DNA of 64,000 nucleotides from Desulfuromonadales bacterium (GCA_037383085.1 JARRPG010000001.1:53422-117421); one strand, 5' to 3'; positions 27,535 to 36,102 are shown, counted from the stretch's first letter. The notes: generated from the letters alone by a model not told the origin. Numbers and translations are program-made.

Positions 27535-28263
27535 CTACTGCTTTTTGCCGAGGTAGGCCTCCTGGACTTTTTCCGAGGCCAGCAGTTCGGCGGACGTTCC
27601 GGAGAGGGCGATTTTACCGACATCGAGTACATAACCACGGTCGGCCAGCTTGAGTGCCGCCTTGGCATTCTGCTCCACCAGCAAAACCGTGACACCGCTG
27701 TCGGCCACCTCTTTGATCTGTTTGAAAATGGCCTTGACCAGAATCGGCGCAATGCCAAGGGACGGCTCGTCCAGCAGCAGCATCTCCGGGTTGCACATCA
27801 GGGCCCGGCCGATCGCCAGCATCTGCTGTTCACCGCCCGAGAGCGTTCCCGCCAATTGCTTGCGTCGCTCTTCGAGCCGCGGGAAGAGGTCGTACACCCA
27901 TTGCAGGGTTTTGCGATCGACCTTGCTGCGGCTGAAAGCCCCGAGCATTAGGTTCTCCTCGACGGTGAGGATGCCGAACACCCGGCGGCCCTCGGGGGAA
28001 TGACTGATGCCCAGTTTGACGATCTTATGTGCCGGCATTTGGGTCAATTCGTGGCCCTTGAACATGATCGAGCCGGACTTGGCCTTGAGCAGCTGGCTGA
28101 TGGTGCGCATGGTGGTGGTCTTTCCCGCCCCGTTGGCACCGAGGATGGTAACGATTTCACCCTTGCGGACTTCGAGCGAGATCCCCTTGATGGCGGCAAT
28201 GCTGCCGTAGGATACCTCGAGATCCTTGATTTCGAACAAGACATCCTTATTCATCATCGTCAT
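27535..28263 (-). CDS. livF: Branched-chain/hydrophobic amino-acid ABC transporter ATP-binding protein (LivF-like)
   Basis: Walker A GANGAGKTT, signature LSGGEQQML, Walker B LLLDEPS. Confidence 0.88.
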   Translation of the reverse strand: MTMMNKDVLFEIKDLEVSYGSIAAIKGISLEVRKGEIVTILGANGAGKTTTMRTISQLLKAKSGSIMFKGHELTQMPAHKIVKLGISHSPEGRRVFGILTVEENLMLGAFSRSKVDRKTLQWVYDLFPRLEERRKQLAGTLSGGEQQMLAIGRALMCNPEMLLLDEPSLGIAPILVKAIFKQIKEVADSGVTVLLVEQNAKAALKLADRGYVLDVGKIALSGTSAELLASEKVQEAYLGKKQ

Positions 28264-29026
28264 CCTCGCTTCCCAGGTAGGCTTCGATCACGGCCGGGTT
28301 CTTCTGGATTTCTTCCGGTGTGCCCTCGGCGATCGTCTTGCCGAAATTCAGAACCGTCAGATAATCGGTCACTTCCATGACCATGTCCATGTCATGTTCG
28401 ATCAGCAGAATGGTGACCCCACGGTCGCGGATCTTGAAAATCGTCTCCAGCAGATCCAGGGTCTCCTTGTCGTTCAGCCCCGCCGCCGGTTCGTCAAGAA
28501 TCAACAGGGTGGGGTCAACCGCCATCGCCCGGGCCATTTCGACTCGCCGTTGAATGCCGTAAGGCAGACTGGCCACCGGCGTCGCGGCGAACTCGCTCAG
28601 ACTGAAGAAGTCCAGCTGTTCGGCGACCTTCTGCCAATTCTCGCGTTCGTCCCGCTTCGAACCGGGCGTATGGACAATGCCGTGCCACCAGCCCTGCTTA
28701 CTCTTGATATGGCGGCCGCTCATGATGTTTTCCGCCACCGACATCTGGCTGAAGAGGCGAATCGTCTGGAAGGTGCGGACGATGCCACGGTCAACGATCT
28801 GGTAGGGGGTCAGGCCGCGAATCTCCTCACCGCGCCATTTGACCGAGCCCTCCTCGGACTTGTAGATGCCGGTAATACAGTTGAACACGGTCGTCTTGCC
28901 GGCACCGTTGGGGCCAATAATGCCGTAGATCTGGCCTTCCTTGACCTCCAGGTTGAGGGTGTCGACAGCGGTCAGACCACCAAAGCGTTTGGTGACATCG
29001 GTCAGAATCAGTTGATTAGGCGCCAT
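28247..29026 (-). CDS. livG: Amino-acid ABC transporter ATP-binding protein (LivG-like)
   Basis: GPNGAGKTT, LPYGIQRRVEMARAM, LLILDEPAAG. Overlaps livF by 17 nt. Confidence 0.88.
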   Translation of the reverse strand: MAPNQLILTDVTKRFGGLTAVDTLNLEVKEGQIYGIIGPNGAGKTTVFNCITGIYKSEEGSVKWRGEEIRGLTPYQIVDRGIVRTFQTIRLFSQMSVAENIMSGRHIKSKQGWWHGIVHTPGSKRDERENWQKVAEQLDFFSLSEFAATPVASLPYGIQRRVEMARAMAVDPTLLILDEPAAGLNDKETLDLLETIFKIRDRGVTILLIEHDMDMVMEVTDYLTVLNFGKTIAEGTPEEIQKNPAVIEAYLGSEDDDDE

Positions 29027-29972
29027 GGTTCGCTTCCTTGATCAAGAATTTGGGAATTTTGCCGAAGGTTGCCGGCCAGATGCCGCGCGGCCGCAGAATC
29101 ATCGCCAGGATCATGGCAAACCCGAAGATGAAAAATCGCCAGGTGGCAAACTCGCGGAAGATCTCCGGCAGAACGAACATGACGAACACCCCGAGCAGGA
29201 TTCCCGGGATCGAGGAGCCGCCGACCAGGACAATACTGAAGAACAGCACCGACTGGATAAACTCGAAGGCCTCTGGACTGACGGCCGCATACTGGGTGGC
29301 GTAGACGGTCCCCGCCAGGCCGGCGATGCCGGCCCCGAGGCCGAAGGCGAAGATCTTGTAGACCCGGGTATTGATGCCGATACTTTCGGCGGCCAGAAAA
29401 TCCTCCCGCAGGTAATGCAAAGCCCGACCGGCCTTGCTCTTTTCCAGATTGCGCATCACCCAGAGCGTCACCAGCATGACGACGAAGGCGAAGTAGTAGA
29501 CCGCCACCTGGCTGGTCAGCTGCCAGCCGAAAAAAGACAAGGGATCGAGACCGAAAATGCCGTTCGGGCCGCCGGTCACCCCACCGAGATTGTTCTGCAG
29601 AACCTGGACGAAGACGATATTGAAACCGATCGTCACCACCAGCAGATAATCGCCGCGCAGGTGGACGATCGGTCCGGCCAGCAGGATGCCGAAGAGTGCC
29701 GGGATCAGGATCGCCAGGGGCACCGTCGCCAGGATCGGCCAGCCGAACTGATGGTTGAGAATCGCCGTGATATAGGCGCCCATGCCGAAGAAGAGCGCCT
29801 GTCCCATGTTGAACATGCCGGCCTTGCCGAGAATGATGTCCTGGGACAGGGCCACCACGGTGAAGATCAGAAAGGTGATCGCCACCGCCTGCCAGCGTGG
29901 ATTGAGCAGATGCGGCAATACCGCCATGACCACCAGAAAAATCGGCAACGCATAGGGTTGTAGTTTTTTCAT
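29016..29972 (-). CDS. livM: Amino-acid ABC transporter permease (LivM-like)
   Basis: 318 aa polytopic protein with the LivM-type sequence GQALFFGMGAYITA. Confidence 0.85.
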   Translation of the reverse strand: MKKLQPYALPIFLVVMAVLPHLLNPRWQAVAITFLIFTVVALSQDIILGKAGMFNMGQALFFGMGAYITAILNHQFGWPILATVPLAILIPALFGILLAGPIVHLRGDYLLVVTIGFNIVFVQVLQNNLGGVTGGPNGIFGLDPLSFFGWQLTSQVAVYYFAFVVMLVTLWVMRNLEKSKAGRALHYLREDFLAAESIGINTRVYKIFAFGLGAGIAGLAGTVYATQYAAVSPEAFEFIQSVLFFSIVLVGGSSIPGILLGVFVMFVLPEIFREFATWRFFIFGFAMILAMILRPRGIWPATFGKIPKFLIKEANHGA

Positions 29973-30868
29973 CAGACTTTCTCCGCCACCCGCTCACCGA
30001 GTATCCCGGTGGGACGTACGATCAGAATCAGGATCAACATGATAAAGGTAAAGGCATCAGCCCAGGTACTCGAGACATACCCGGCGATAAACGCGTTGAA
30101 GAGACCGAGCAGCATGCCGCCGAGCATGGCCCCGGGGATGTTGCCGATGCCGCCGAGAATTGCTGCGATGAACGCGTAGAGACCATACTGCCAGCCCATG
30201 TTGAACGTGATGCCACGATAGTAAAGGCCGATGAACAGGCCGCCGACGGCGCCCAGCGAGGAGCCGATAATGAAGATCAGGGCAATGACGCTGTTGACAT
30301 TGATCCCCATCAGCCGCGCCGCATCCTGGTCGATCGAACTGGCACGGATCGCCGCCCCCATGCGGGTTTTTTCGACAAAGACATAGAGGGCAACCATCAG
30401 GACCAGGGAGATGACCAGGATCAGGACCTGGATCAGGCTGATCACCACACCACCGAAGTCCCAGTAAACCTGCGGCACCAGTTCGGGGAAAATTTTCATG
30501 CGCGGGCCCCAGATCAGCATAATGCCATTCTGAATGACCAGCGAGGCACCGAGGGCCGAGACAACCGCCGACAGGCGGGGCGCTTCCCGCAAGGGGCGGT
30601 AGGCCACCCGTTCCAGGATCACCCCGATGCAGGCCATAATGGCTGCGGACAGCAGGAAGATCACGATCACCGAGAAGAGTGAGGTCGCCTGTCCCATCAC
30701 TTGGGTGTAGATGGTCAGACCGACAAAGGCCGAAGCCGCGACCATGTCACCATGGGCGAAGTTGATCAGCTTCATGACGCCGTAGACCATGGTGTAGCCG
30801 AGCGCCACCAGGGCGAACATACTGCCGATCGTCAAACCGTTTGCCAGCTGTTGCAGAAAGATATCCAT
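29972..30868 (-). CDS. livH: Amino-acid ABC transporter permease (LivH-like)
   Basis: Start at the ATG at 30868 (MDIFLQQLANGLTIGSMFALVALGYTMVYG, the canonical LivH N-terminus) with an AGGAG RBS. The ORF-track extension is rejected. Confidence 0.88.
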   Translation of the reverse strand: MDIFLQQLANGLTIGSMFALVALGYTMVYGVMKLINFAHGDMVAASAFVGLTIYTQVMGQATSLFSVIVIFLLSAAIMACIGVILERVAYRPLREAPRLSAVVSALGASLVIQNGIMLIWGPRMKIFPELVPQVYWDFGGVVISLIQVLILVISLVLMVALYVFVEKTRMGAAIRASSIDQDAARLMGINVNSVIALIFIIGSSLGAVGGLFIGLYYRGITFNMGWQYGLYAFIAAILGGIGNIPGAMLGGMLLGLFNAFIAGYVSSTWADAFTFIMLILILIVRPTGILGERVAEKV

Positions 30869-31014
30869 GAAACCGCTCCTGCTGTCCGCACTGTTGGTAC
30901 GGCGGATAGGACAACTGCCTGTCTCAGACACCAGGGAAGGAGATGTTTCTCCCTCTCCTTCGCTCGCGTCCGCGGGCAGGAGAGCCCGAGAGATCTGGTG
31001 AAACCGGAGGAAGA

Positions 31015-31039
31015 CGGGGGGAGCGCTGCGCTCCCCCCG
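31015..31039 (-). terminator. GC-rich hairpin (attenuator or mRNA-stabiliser) between livK and livH
   Basis: CGGGGGGAGCG-ctg-CGCTCCCCCCG, an 11-bp stem 25 nt after the livK stop. The T-run is weak, so termination is probably partial or the hairpin protects the 3' end. Confidence 0.45.
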
Positions 31040-31063
31040 TTGACGCATCAGATGCGGATGGTG

Positions 31064-32182
31064 TTACTGCACATACTCCTGAGCGTAGGAGCCGTCGGCC
31101 TGGATCTTCTTGACCACGTAGGCGCCGCCGATGCGGTTGCCGTCCTTGGCAAAGGCAATCGGTCCGGTAATACCGTCGATCGGCTCCATGCTATGCAGGT
31201 AATCGGCGACGGCCTTGGTATCGAAGCTCTTGGTCTGCTCGATGCCATAGATGAAGGCACGCATGCCGTCGATATTCATCAAACCCCAGATAGAGGGCGG
31301 CATTTCACCATATTTTGCCTGGTAGTCGGCGATGAAGGTTTTGGCGATCTCGTAGGGCAGCGCGTCCGGCGAAGGCACGTTGATAATGTAGGCCCCTTCC
31401 GCAGCGGAGCCGGCCAGCTTGACGAAATCCGGGTTGTCATTAGCGTCACCACCGATGAAATCAGCATTGATGCCGAGCGCTTTCTGCTGGGCGCGCAGCT
31501 GGCCACCGTCGGAGTAGTAACCGGCAAAGAAGATCACATCCGGGTTCTTGGACTTAATGTTGGTCAGCACCGGCGTGAAATTCTGCGAATCGGCTTTGAT
31601 CTTGTCACGCGAGACGACATTGCCGCCGAGCTTCTTGATCGCTTCCTCGGTGGCATTGCCGAGACCATCAGCGTAGGTCGAGAAATCGGACAGGACCACA
31701 ATGCGCTTGTAGCCTTTGACCTTGACCATGTACTCGGCGGCGAATTGGGCTTCGGCGCTGTTCGGGAAGGAGTTGCGGAAGAAGGTCCAATAGCCTTTTT
31801 CGGTCAGCGCATCAGCCGTGCCGTCTGAAGTCTGCAGGACACCGGCATCAAAATAGGTTTTTTGTGCGGCTTCGGCGCAGGTCGATGTGTAGGAGCCGAT
31901 CACCATCGTGACCCCCTTGTTGACCAGGTCCTTGGCACAGATGGCCGCAGCCATGGCGGTTCCCTGGTCATCACAGGTGATGACTTCGATCTGCTTGCCC
32001 AGCACGCCGCCGTTGGCGTTGACCTGCCCGGCGAGCAGCTTGACGCCATTGTCGATGCCTTGTCCTTCGTTGGCATAGCTGCCGGTAATCGGTGCCTGGA
32101 CACCGACCTTCAGGGTGTCAGCAGCGAATACCGTACCGGTAGCGAACAACACGGCCAGAAATGTTGCCAGATACTTTTTCAT
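31064..32182 (-). CDS. livK: Periplasmic amino-acid-binding protein (LivK/Peripla_BP_6 family)
   Basis: Signal peptide MKKYLATFLAVLFATGTVFA, then LKVGVQAPITGSYANEGQG...GGVLGKQIEV...DDQG. Confidence 0.88.
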   Translation of the reverse strand: MKKYLATFLAVLFATGTVFAADTLKVGVQAPITGSYANEGQGIDNGVKLLAGQVNANGGVLGKQIEVITCDDQGTAMAAAICAKDLVNKGVTMVIGSYTSTCAEAAQKTYFDAGVLQTSDGTADALTEKGYWTFFRNSFPNSAEAQFAAEYMVKVKGYKRIVVLSDFSTYADGLGNATEEAIKKLGGNVVSRDKIKADSQNFTPVLTNIKSKNPDVIFFAGYYSDGGQLRAQQKALGINADFIGGDANDNPDFVKLAGSAAEGAYIINVPSPDALPYEIAKTFIADYQAKYGEMPPSIWGLMNIDGMRAFIYGIEQTKSFDTKAVADYLHSMEPIDGITGPIAFAKDGNRIGGAYVVKKIQADGSYAQEYVQ

Positions 32183-32326
32183 CTCTTTTCTCCTTGAGGT
32201 TGGAAGTTAGTGAGTCGACGCCTGCGTCGAGACTCCTGCCATTTAACAGCACTGAAATGTGATAACTATACCACTTTGAATACAACTGCAAAGTGATCGG
32301 CCCAACAAACTCTACCGATCTTCCAG

Positions 32327-32342
32327 AGCAAAGCTAATGCCA
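32327..32342 (-). promoter_or_regulatory. Sigma-54 (-24/-12) promoter for the liv-type operon
   Basis: The minus strand reads TGGCATTAGCTTTGCT (TGGCAT-N5-TTGCT, exact spacing). About 145 nt upstream of the livK ATG. Confidence 0.75.
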
Positions 32343-32552
32343 AACTGCGTTTTATTTTCTTTCGAACACCGATCGCAATCATGAGAAGAACTTCTCAAAG
32401 ACCCAAAAAGAAAATTTTTACTTTTTATTTTCAGCACTTTGGAGAATTTTAAAGGGTTGCGGACGGGCACAGACCTGAGGTCCTCTTCGGCCTTTCTCGG
32501 CGGCCGGCCTGTTTCCGCTCTCAGGCCACAAACGCCTCCGGCACGATCCGCC

Positions 32553-32566
32553 ATGCAAGACTGCAT
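32553..32566. promoter_or_regulatory. Candidate enhancer (UAS) palindrome, an ATGCAA-N5-CAT copy
   Basis: ATGCAAGACTGCAT (arms ATGCA/TGCAT). Its centre is 219 bp upstream of the -24 GG of the liv promoter. Confidence 0.45.
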
Positions 32567-32584
32567 AAAGATGGCGAAGAGCCC

Positions 32585-34327
32585 TCACAGGCCATAACGT
32601 TTCAGCTTGCGGGCCACGGTGGACTGGTTGATACCCAGGGCGGCCGCAATATCGGCCTGGTTGCGATAACGCTCACGGGCCTTGGCCAGCAAGTTCCGCT
32701 CGACCGCTTCGACCGCCTGCTGCAGGGTGGTCGCCTCCGGCCAGTCGAGACGGGACTCCCGACCGGCAGAGGTGGTGCCAGCGACCTGCGTCGGCAGATC
32801 AGCCAGGTCGATCATCTCGGTGTCCGACATCACGACGACCCGTTCGCAGATATTCATCAACTCCCGGACGTTGCCCGGAAAGGAATAGTGAACCAGGGCA
32901 TCGATGGCAGCCCGGGACAGGCGTTTCTTCTCCTGGTTGATGGCGGCAAAATGGTCGATGTAGTGACGAATCAGCGGCACCAGACAATCTTTACGCTCGC
33001 GCAGGGCGGGAACGTGAATCGGAATGACATTCAGCCGGTCGTAAAGATCCAGTCGAAAGGTTCCCTTCTCGACCATGTCCTCCAGGTCGCGATGGGTCGC
33101 AGCCAGCACCCGCACATCGACCTGGCGTTCCTCGGTGCCGCCAAGCCGGGTGATGTGACCGTCTTCGAGGAAACGCAGCAGCTTGACCTGGGCGGACAGC
33201 GGCAGCTCGGCGATCTCGTCCAGGAACAGGATCCCTTCGTTGGCCAGTTCGAACTGACCCGGCTTGCCCCCCGGGCTGGCACCGGTAAACGCCCCTTTCT
33301 CATAGCCGAAGAGTTCCGCCTCGATCAACGATTCCGGAATCGCCCCGCAGTTGATTTTGATCAGTGGCCGGCCGGCCCGCGCCGAATTCTGGTGGATCAT
33401 CTCTGCGATGACCCCTTTGCCAACTCCCGATTCACCGAGAATCAGCACTGACGAATCGGCCGATGCCACCTTGATGGCCTGACGCAGCGATTTGATCATG
33501 TTCGGGCTGCGCGCGATGATTTTTCGTTTGTCGAGTTCAACCTGCTGCATTTCCAGCATCTGGTTGCGAAACTGGTCCTTGATCGCTTCCTGGTTTTCCA
33601 GTTCGCGCTGCAGCTTGTCGATCTCGGTAATGTCGCGTTCACTGACCACGACCCTGATCAGTTCTCCGCTCTGGTCGAAGACCGGCGTGCCGATGGAGAT
33701 CAGTTTGCGGCCATTGGGCATGTTCTGCAAAAGGCTCACGGTGGTCTTCTCCTGACACGCCTCGAGTGCCGCTGAGCGATCGATAAAACCTTCTTCGATC
33801 AGTTCCCGCATGTTGCGCCCGACCAGTTCCGCCGCAGAGCGTTGATGAATTTTTTCCGAGGCCGGGTTAACCCGAATGACATTGGCGTCACTGTCACAAA
33901 CGAACAGGCCGTCCGAGGACGAATCGATAATGGCATGCAGCTCCAGGGTCAAGGCTTCGAAGTCGAGCATGCGGCGATCTACATCGGGCGGCGACGGTGC
34001 CGGCGGCAGCAGGCAGAGCGTCAGAACACGGCCGTCCGGCGCCTTGACGGTACTCAACATCGCCAAATAGGGAGCGCTGGCACCGCGCAGGATGGTCAGG
34101 GGCGGGTTGGCCGCCGCGCTGCGACGGAAATGATCCATGCTTTCGGCCAGTTTCGGCATGAATTGCCGCAGCGGTTTCTGCAGAGCGATCTGCAACTGTT
34201 TGTCGGCAGCTTCATTGGCATAAACCAGGCGGCCGTCGTCATCGCAAACCAGCAGCGGCACCGCCAGGGCGGACAGAAAGATGGGGGCCAGCGAGGGGAC
34301 ATTCTGCGGGGGGAGGGGCTCGGGCAT
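32585..34327 (-). CDS. Sigma-54-dependent transcriptional activator (2x PAS - AAA+ - Fis HTH), here called EBP2, a paralogue of EBP1
   Basis: [21 protein letters not shown], and C-terminal HTH ADIAAALGINQSTVARKLKRYGL. The PAS core [28 protein letters not shown] is nearly identical to EBP1. Start at the ATG at 34327 with an AAGGAG RBS. Confidence 0.9.
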   Translation of the reverse strand: MPEPLPPQNVPSLAPIFLSALAVPLLVCDDDGRLVYANEAADKQLQIALQKPLRQFMPKLAESMDHFRRSAAANPPLTILRGASAPYLAMLSTVKAPDGRVLTLCLLPPAPSPPDVDRRMLDFEALTLELHAIIDSSSDGLFVCDSDANVIRVNPASEKIHQRSAAELVGRNMRELIEEGFIDRSAALEACQEKTTVSLLQNMPNGRKLISIGTPVFDQSGELIRVVVSERDITEIDKLQRELENQEAIKDQFRNQMLEMQQVELDKRKIIARSPNMIKSLRQAIKVASADSSVLILGESGVGKGVIAEMIHQNSARAGRPLIKINCGAIPESLIEAELFGYEKGAFTGASPGGKPGQFELANEGILFLDEIAELPLSAQVKLLRFLEDGHITRLGGTEERQVDVRVLAATHRDLEDMVEKGTFRLDLYDRLNVIPIHVPALRERKDCLVPLIRHYIDHFAAINQEKKRLSRAAIDALVHYSFPGNVRELMNICERVVVMSDTEMIDLADLPTQVAGTTSAGRESRLDWPEATTLQQAVEAVERNLLAKARERYRNQADIAAALGINQSTVARKLKRYGL

Positions 34328-34357
34328 GGGCAATCTCCTTGTCAGAGGCTCCATCTT

Positions 34358-34390
34358 ATGCGGAACTGCATTATTTATGCAACAAGGAAT
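34358..34390. promoter_or_regulatory. Two further ATGC(A/G)(A/G)-N5-(C/A)AT motif copies in the EBP2 promoter/leader
   Basis: ATGCGGAACTGCAT (34358..34371) and ATGCAACAAGGAAT (34377..34390). On the minus strand they overlap a possible TTGCAT-N18-TAAGAT sigma-70 promoter. Confidence 0.4.
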
Positions 34391-34498
34391 TGTCGATGCC
34401 CGACACCCCGCCCGAAAACCGCTCTTTTCCATCGCTTGGCCAGACAGAATTGCCTCTCAGAAGTTGGTACATTCCTTGAACAGAAATGAGCGGATGTC

Positions 34499-34843
34499 TC
34501 AAGACAACCCCTGCAGAACCTCCAGGAGAAAGATGTCTTTCATGTCTTCATCGTACAGGCCTTTGACCCGGTCGCCGCAGCCGGCCAAGGATTCGAAATC
34601 CAGCAGGTCACAATTAACCAAAAAACTTCTCAAGAAATACGGGCTTCTGGAGATGTCCCGATACCAGGTTGCGTCGGCAAAAACGGCCTCGCTCAGCGGT
34701 CGCCCAACGCCTTCGCAGGCGACGGCCAAGCCTGCACAGTGCTGCCGTGCAGCCTGGCGATCAACCAGCAAACCAACCTCTGCATCCCGTCGGTATGACA
34801 CCAGGTCGCGATTCTTTGGCGCGTCCGACAGGAGCGTCCGCAC
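34499..34843 (-). CDS. Hypothetical protein (GTG start; possibly a remnant of a longer, frameshifted gene)
   Basis: 114 aa with protein-like composition (…WYRDISRSPYFLRSFLVNCDLLDFESLAGCGDRVKGLYDEDMKDIFLLEVLQ). No family recognised, and no clear RBS. Confidence 0.3.
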   Translation of the reverse strand: MRTLLSDAPKNRDLVSYRRDAEVGLLVDRQAARQHCAGLAVACEGVGRPLSEAVFADATWYRDISRSPYFLRSFLVNCDLLDFESLAGCGDRVKGLYDEDMKDIFLLEVLQGLS

Positions 34844-35143
34844 GACGGCATCCTCGGCGCTGCTTCAGCGACCAGCGGCAAAGCCCGGTAGCGTGTAACC
34901 CGCAGATTGTACGTCGTCACGATCCTCCCACAGAAAAACCCGCGGCTGTAAACCGGCGTGGTCCTGATCCGGATCGCAAACCCTCCGGGGCAGCAAAGCG
35001 ATTCATCCCCCCCTGAAGCAACGACTGTTTAAGAGTATGCGCAACCGACCCCGGCTGTTCATGAGGGGGTGACACAACCTGGTCTGGCTCCGACACAAAA
35101 CCGGTAACTTTGATAAACTGAACAGACAGCCTCGGAGGTGACG

Positions 35144-36058
35144 ATGAAACAGATGCTTGCGGCGGGTTGGGTCTGGTTGTTTCTGATCGCGGGTACGGCT
35201 CAGGCCCTGGAGGTCACATCACTGGCACCGACGCAGGGCGCTCCCGGCACCCTGGTGATGATTGGTGGTGGCCCGTTCAGCGCAACGACCGAAATTTTTC
35301 TGGGCGAAACAGCCGTTCCGCCGCGAGCGGTCCTGCCGAATCAGATCGAAATTGCCGTGCCTTTTCAGCCGGCCGGACAGTATGCCCTGACAGTCCGCGA
35401 CCAGGACAGCATCGCCAGCGAAGCCTACCGCTTCGACATTCTCGCCCCCACCCCACAAATCACCAGCATCACACCCCGTACGCTGGACATCTGCACCACC
35501 GACAACGAACAGCCGTTGGACGTCAAGGGGCAGAACTTTCTGGCCGGCGCCGCGGTCCTTTTGGACGGCACCGCGGTGCCCTCCCGGGTCATCGATATCA
35601 CAACCATCGAAGCGCGTCTGCCGCGCATCCAGCAGCCGGGGATTCACGGCATCGCCATCCGCAACCCGGATGGCGCGACCTCACTACCCCTGTCCCTGTC
35701 CGTCAACAATATTCCGGAGATTGACTCAGTCGAACGCGGAGCGGATACCGTCAACACTTACGATATGGTCATCCATGGCAAAAACTTCCAGTTCGATTCC
35801 ATCCTGGTGGTCAACGAACCACAATCGTCGACCCTCGGTCAGGCCTCCCAGCAACTCTCTTTCGTCCCGCGTCGCAATACAGCCGCACAGGAAGACCCGG
35901 ATAATCTCACGCCGCAGCGCAATCACCTGATTTTTGTCGATTGCCGGACCCTGATCTATCGTCGCTTGCCCAGCTCGTTTCAGAACAAGGACCTCAGCTT
36001 GCAGGTCTTCAACCCCGATGGCGGCCACACCGGCCTGATTCACGTCACCCTGCCCTGA
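35144..36058 (+). CDS. Secreted IPT/TIG-repeat protein
   Basis: Signal peptide MKQMLAAGWVWLFLIAGTAQA, then three repeats of the IPT pattern (I/V)TS(I/L)xPxxGxxGTxVxIxGxxF.../...ITPRTLDICTTDNEQPLDVKGQNF.../...IDSVERGADTVNTYDMVIHGKNF. GGAGG RBS. Confidence 0.7.
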   Translation: MKQMLAAGWVWLFLIAGTAQALEVTSLAPTQGAPGTLVMIGGGPFSATTEIFLGETAVPPRAVLPNQIEIAVPFQPAGQYALTVRDQDSIASEAYRFDILAPTPQITSITPRTLDICTTDNEQPLDVKGQNFLAGAAVLLDGTAVPSRVIDITTIEARLPRIQQPGIHGIAIRNPDGATSLPLSLSVNNIPEIDSVERGADTVNTYDMVIHGKNFQFDSILVVNEPQSSTLGQASQQLSFVPRRNTAAQEDPDNLTPQRNHLIFVDCRTLIYRRLPSSFQNKDLSLQVFNPDGGHTGLIHVTLP

Positions 36059-36102
36059 TGACCAGGAACACACCGGCTGCCGAATCGCATCATTAGACTG
36101 CA

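Noticed and set aside
26515-29041. Long plus-strand ORFs (26515..27951, 28226..29041) and the minus-strand alternative frame 29008..29997
   Set aside because: They run antisense to, or out of frame with, the usp, livF, livG and livM genes, all of which have clear Walker/ABC or permease signatures.
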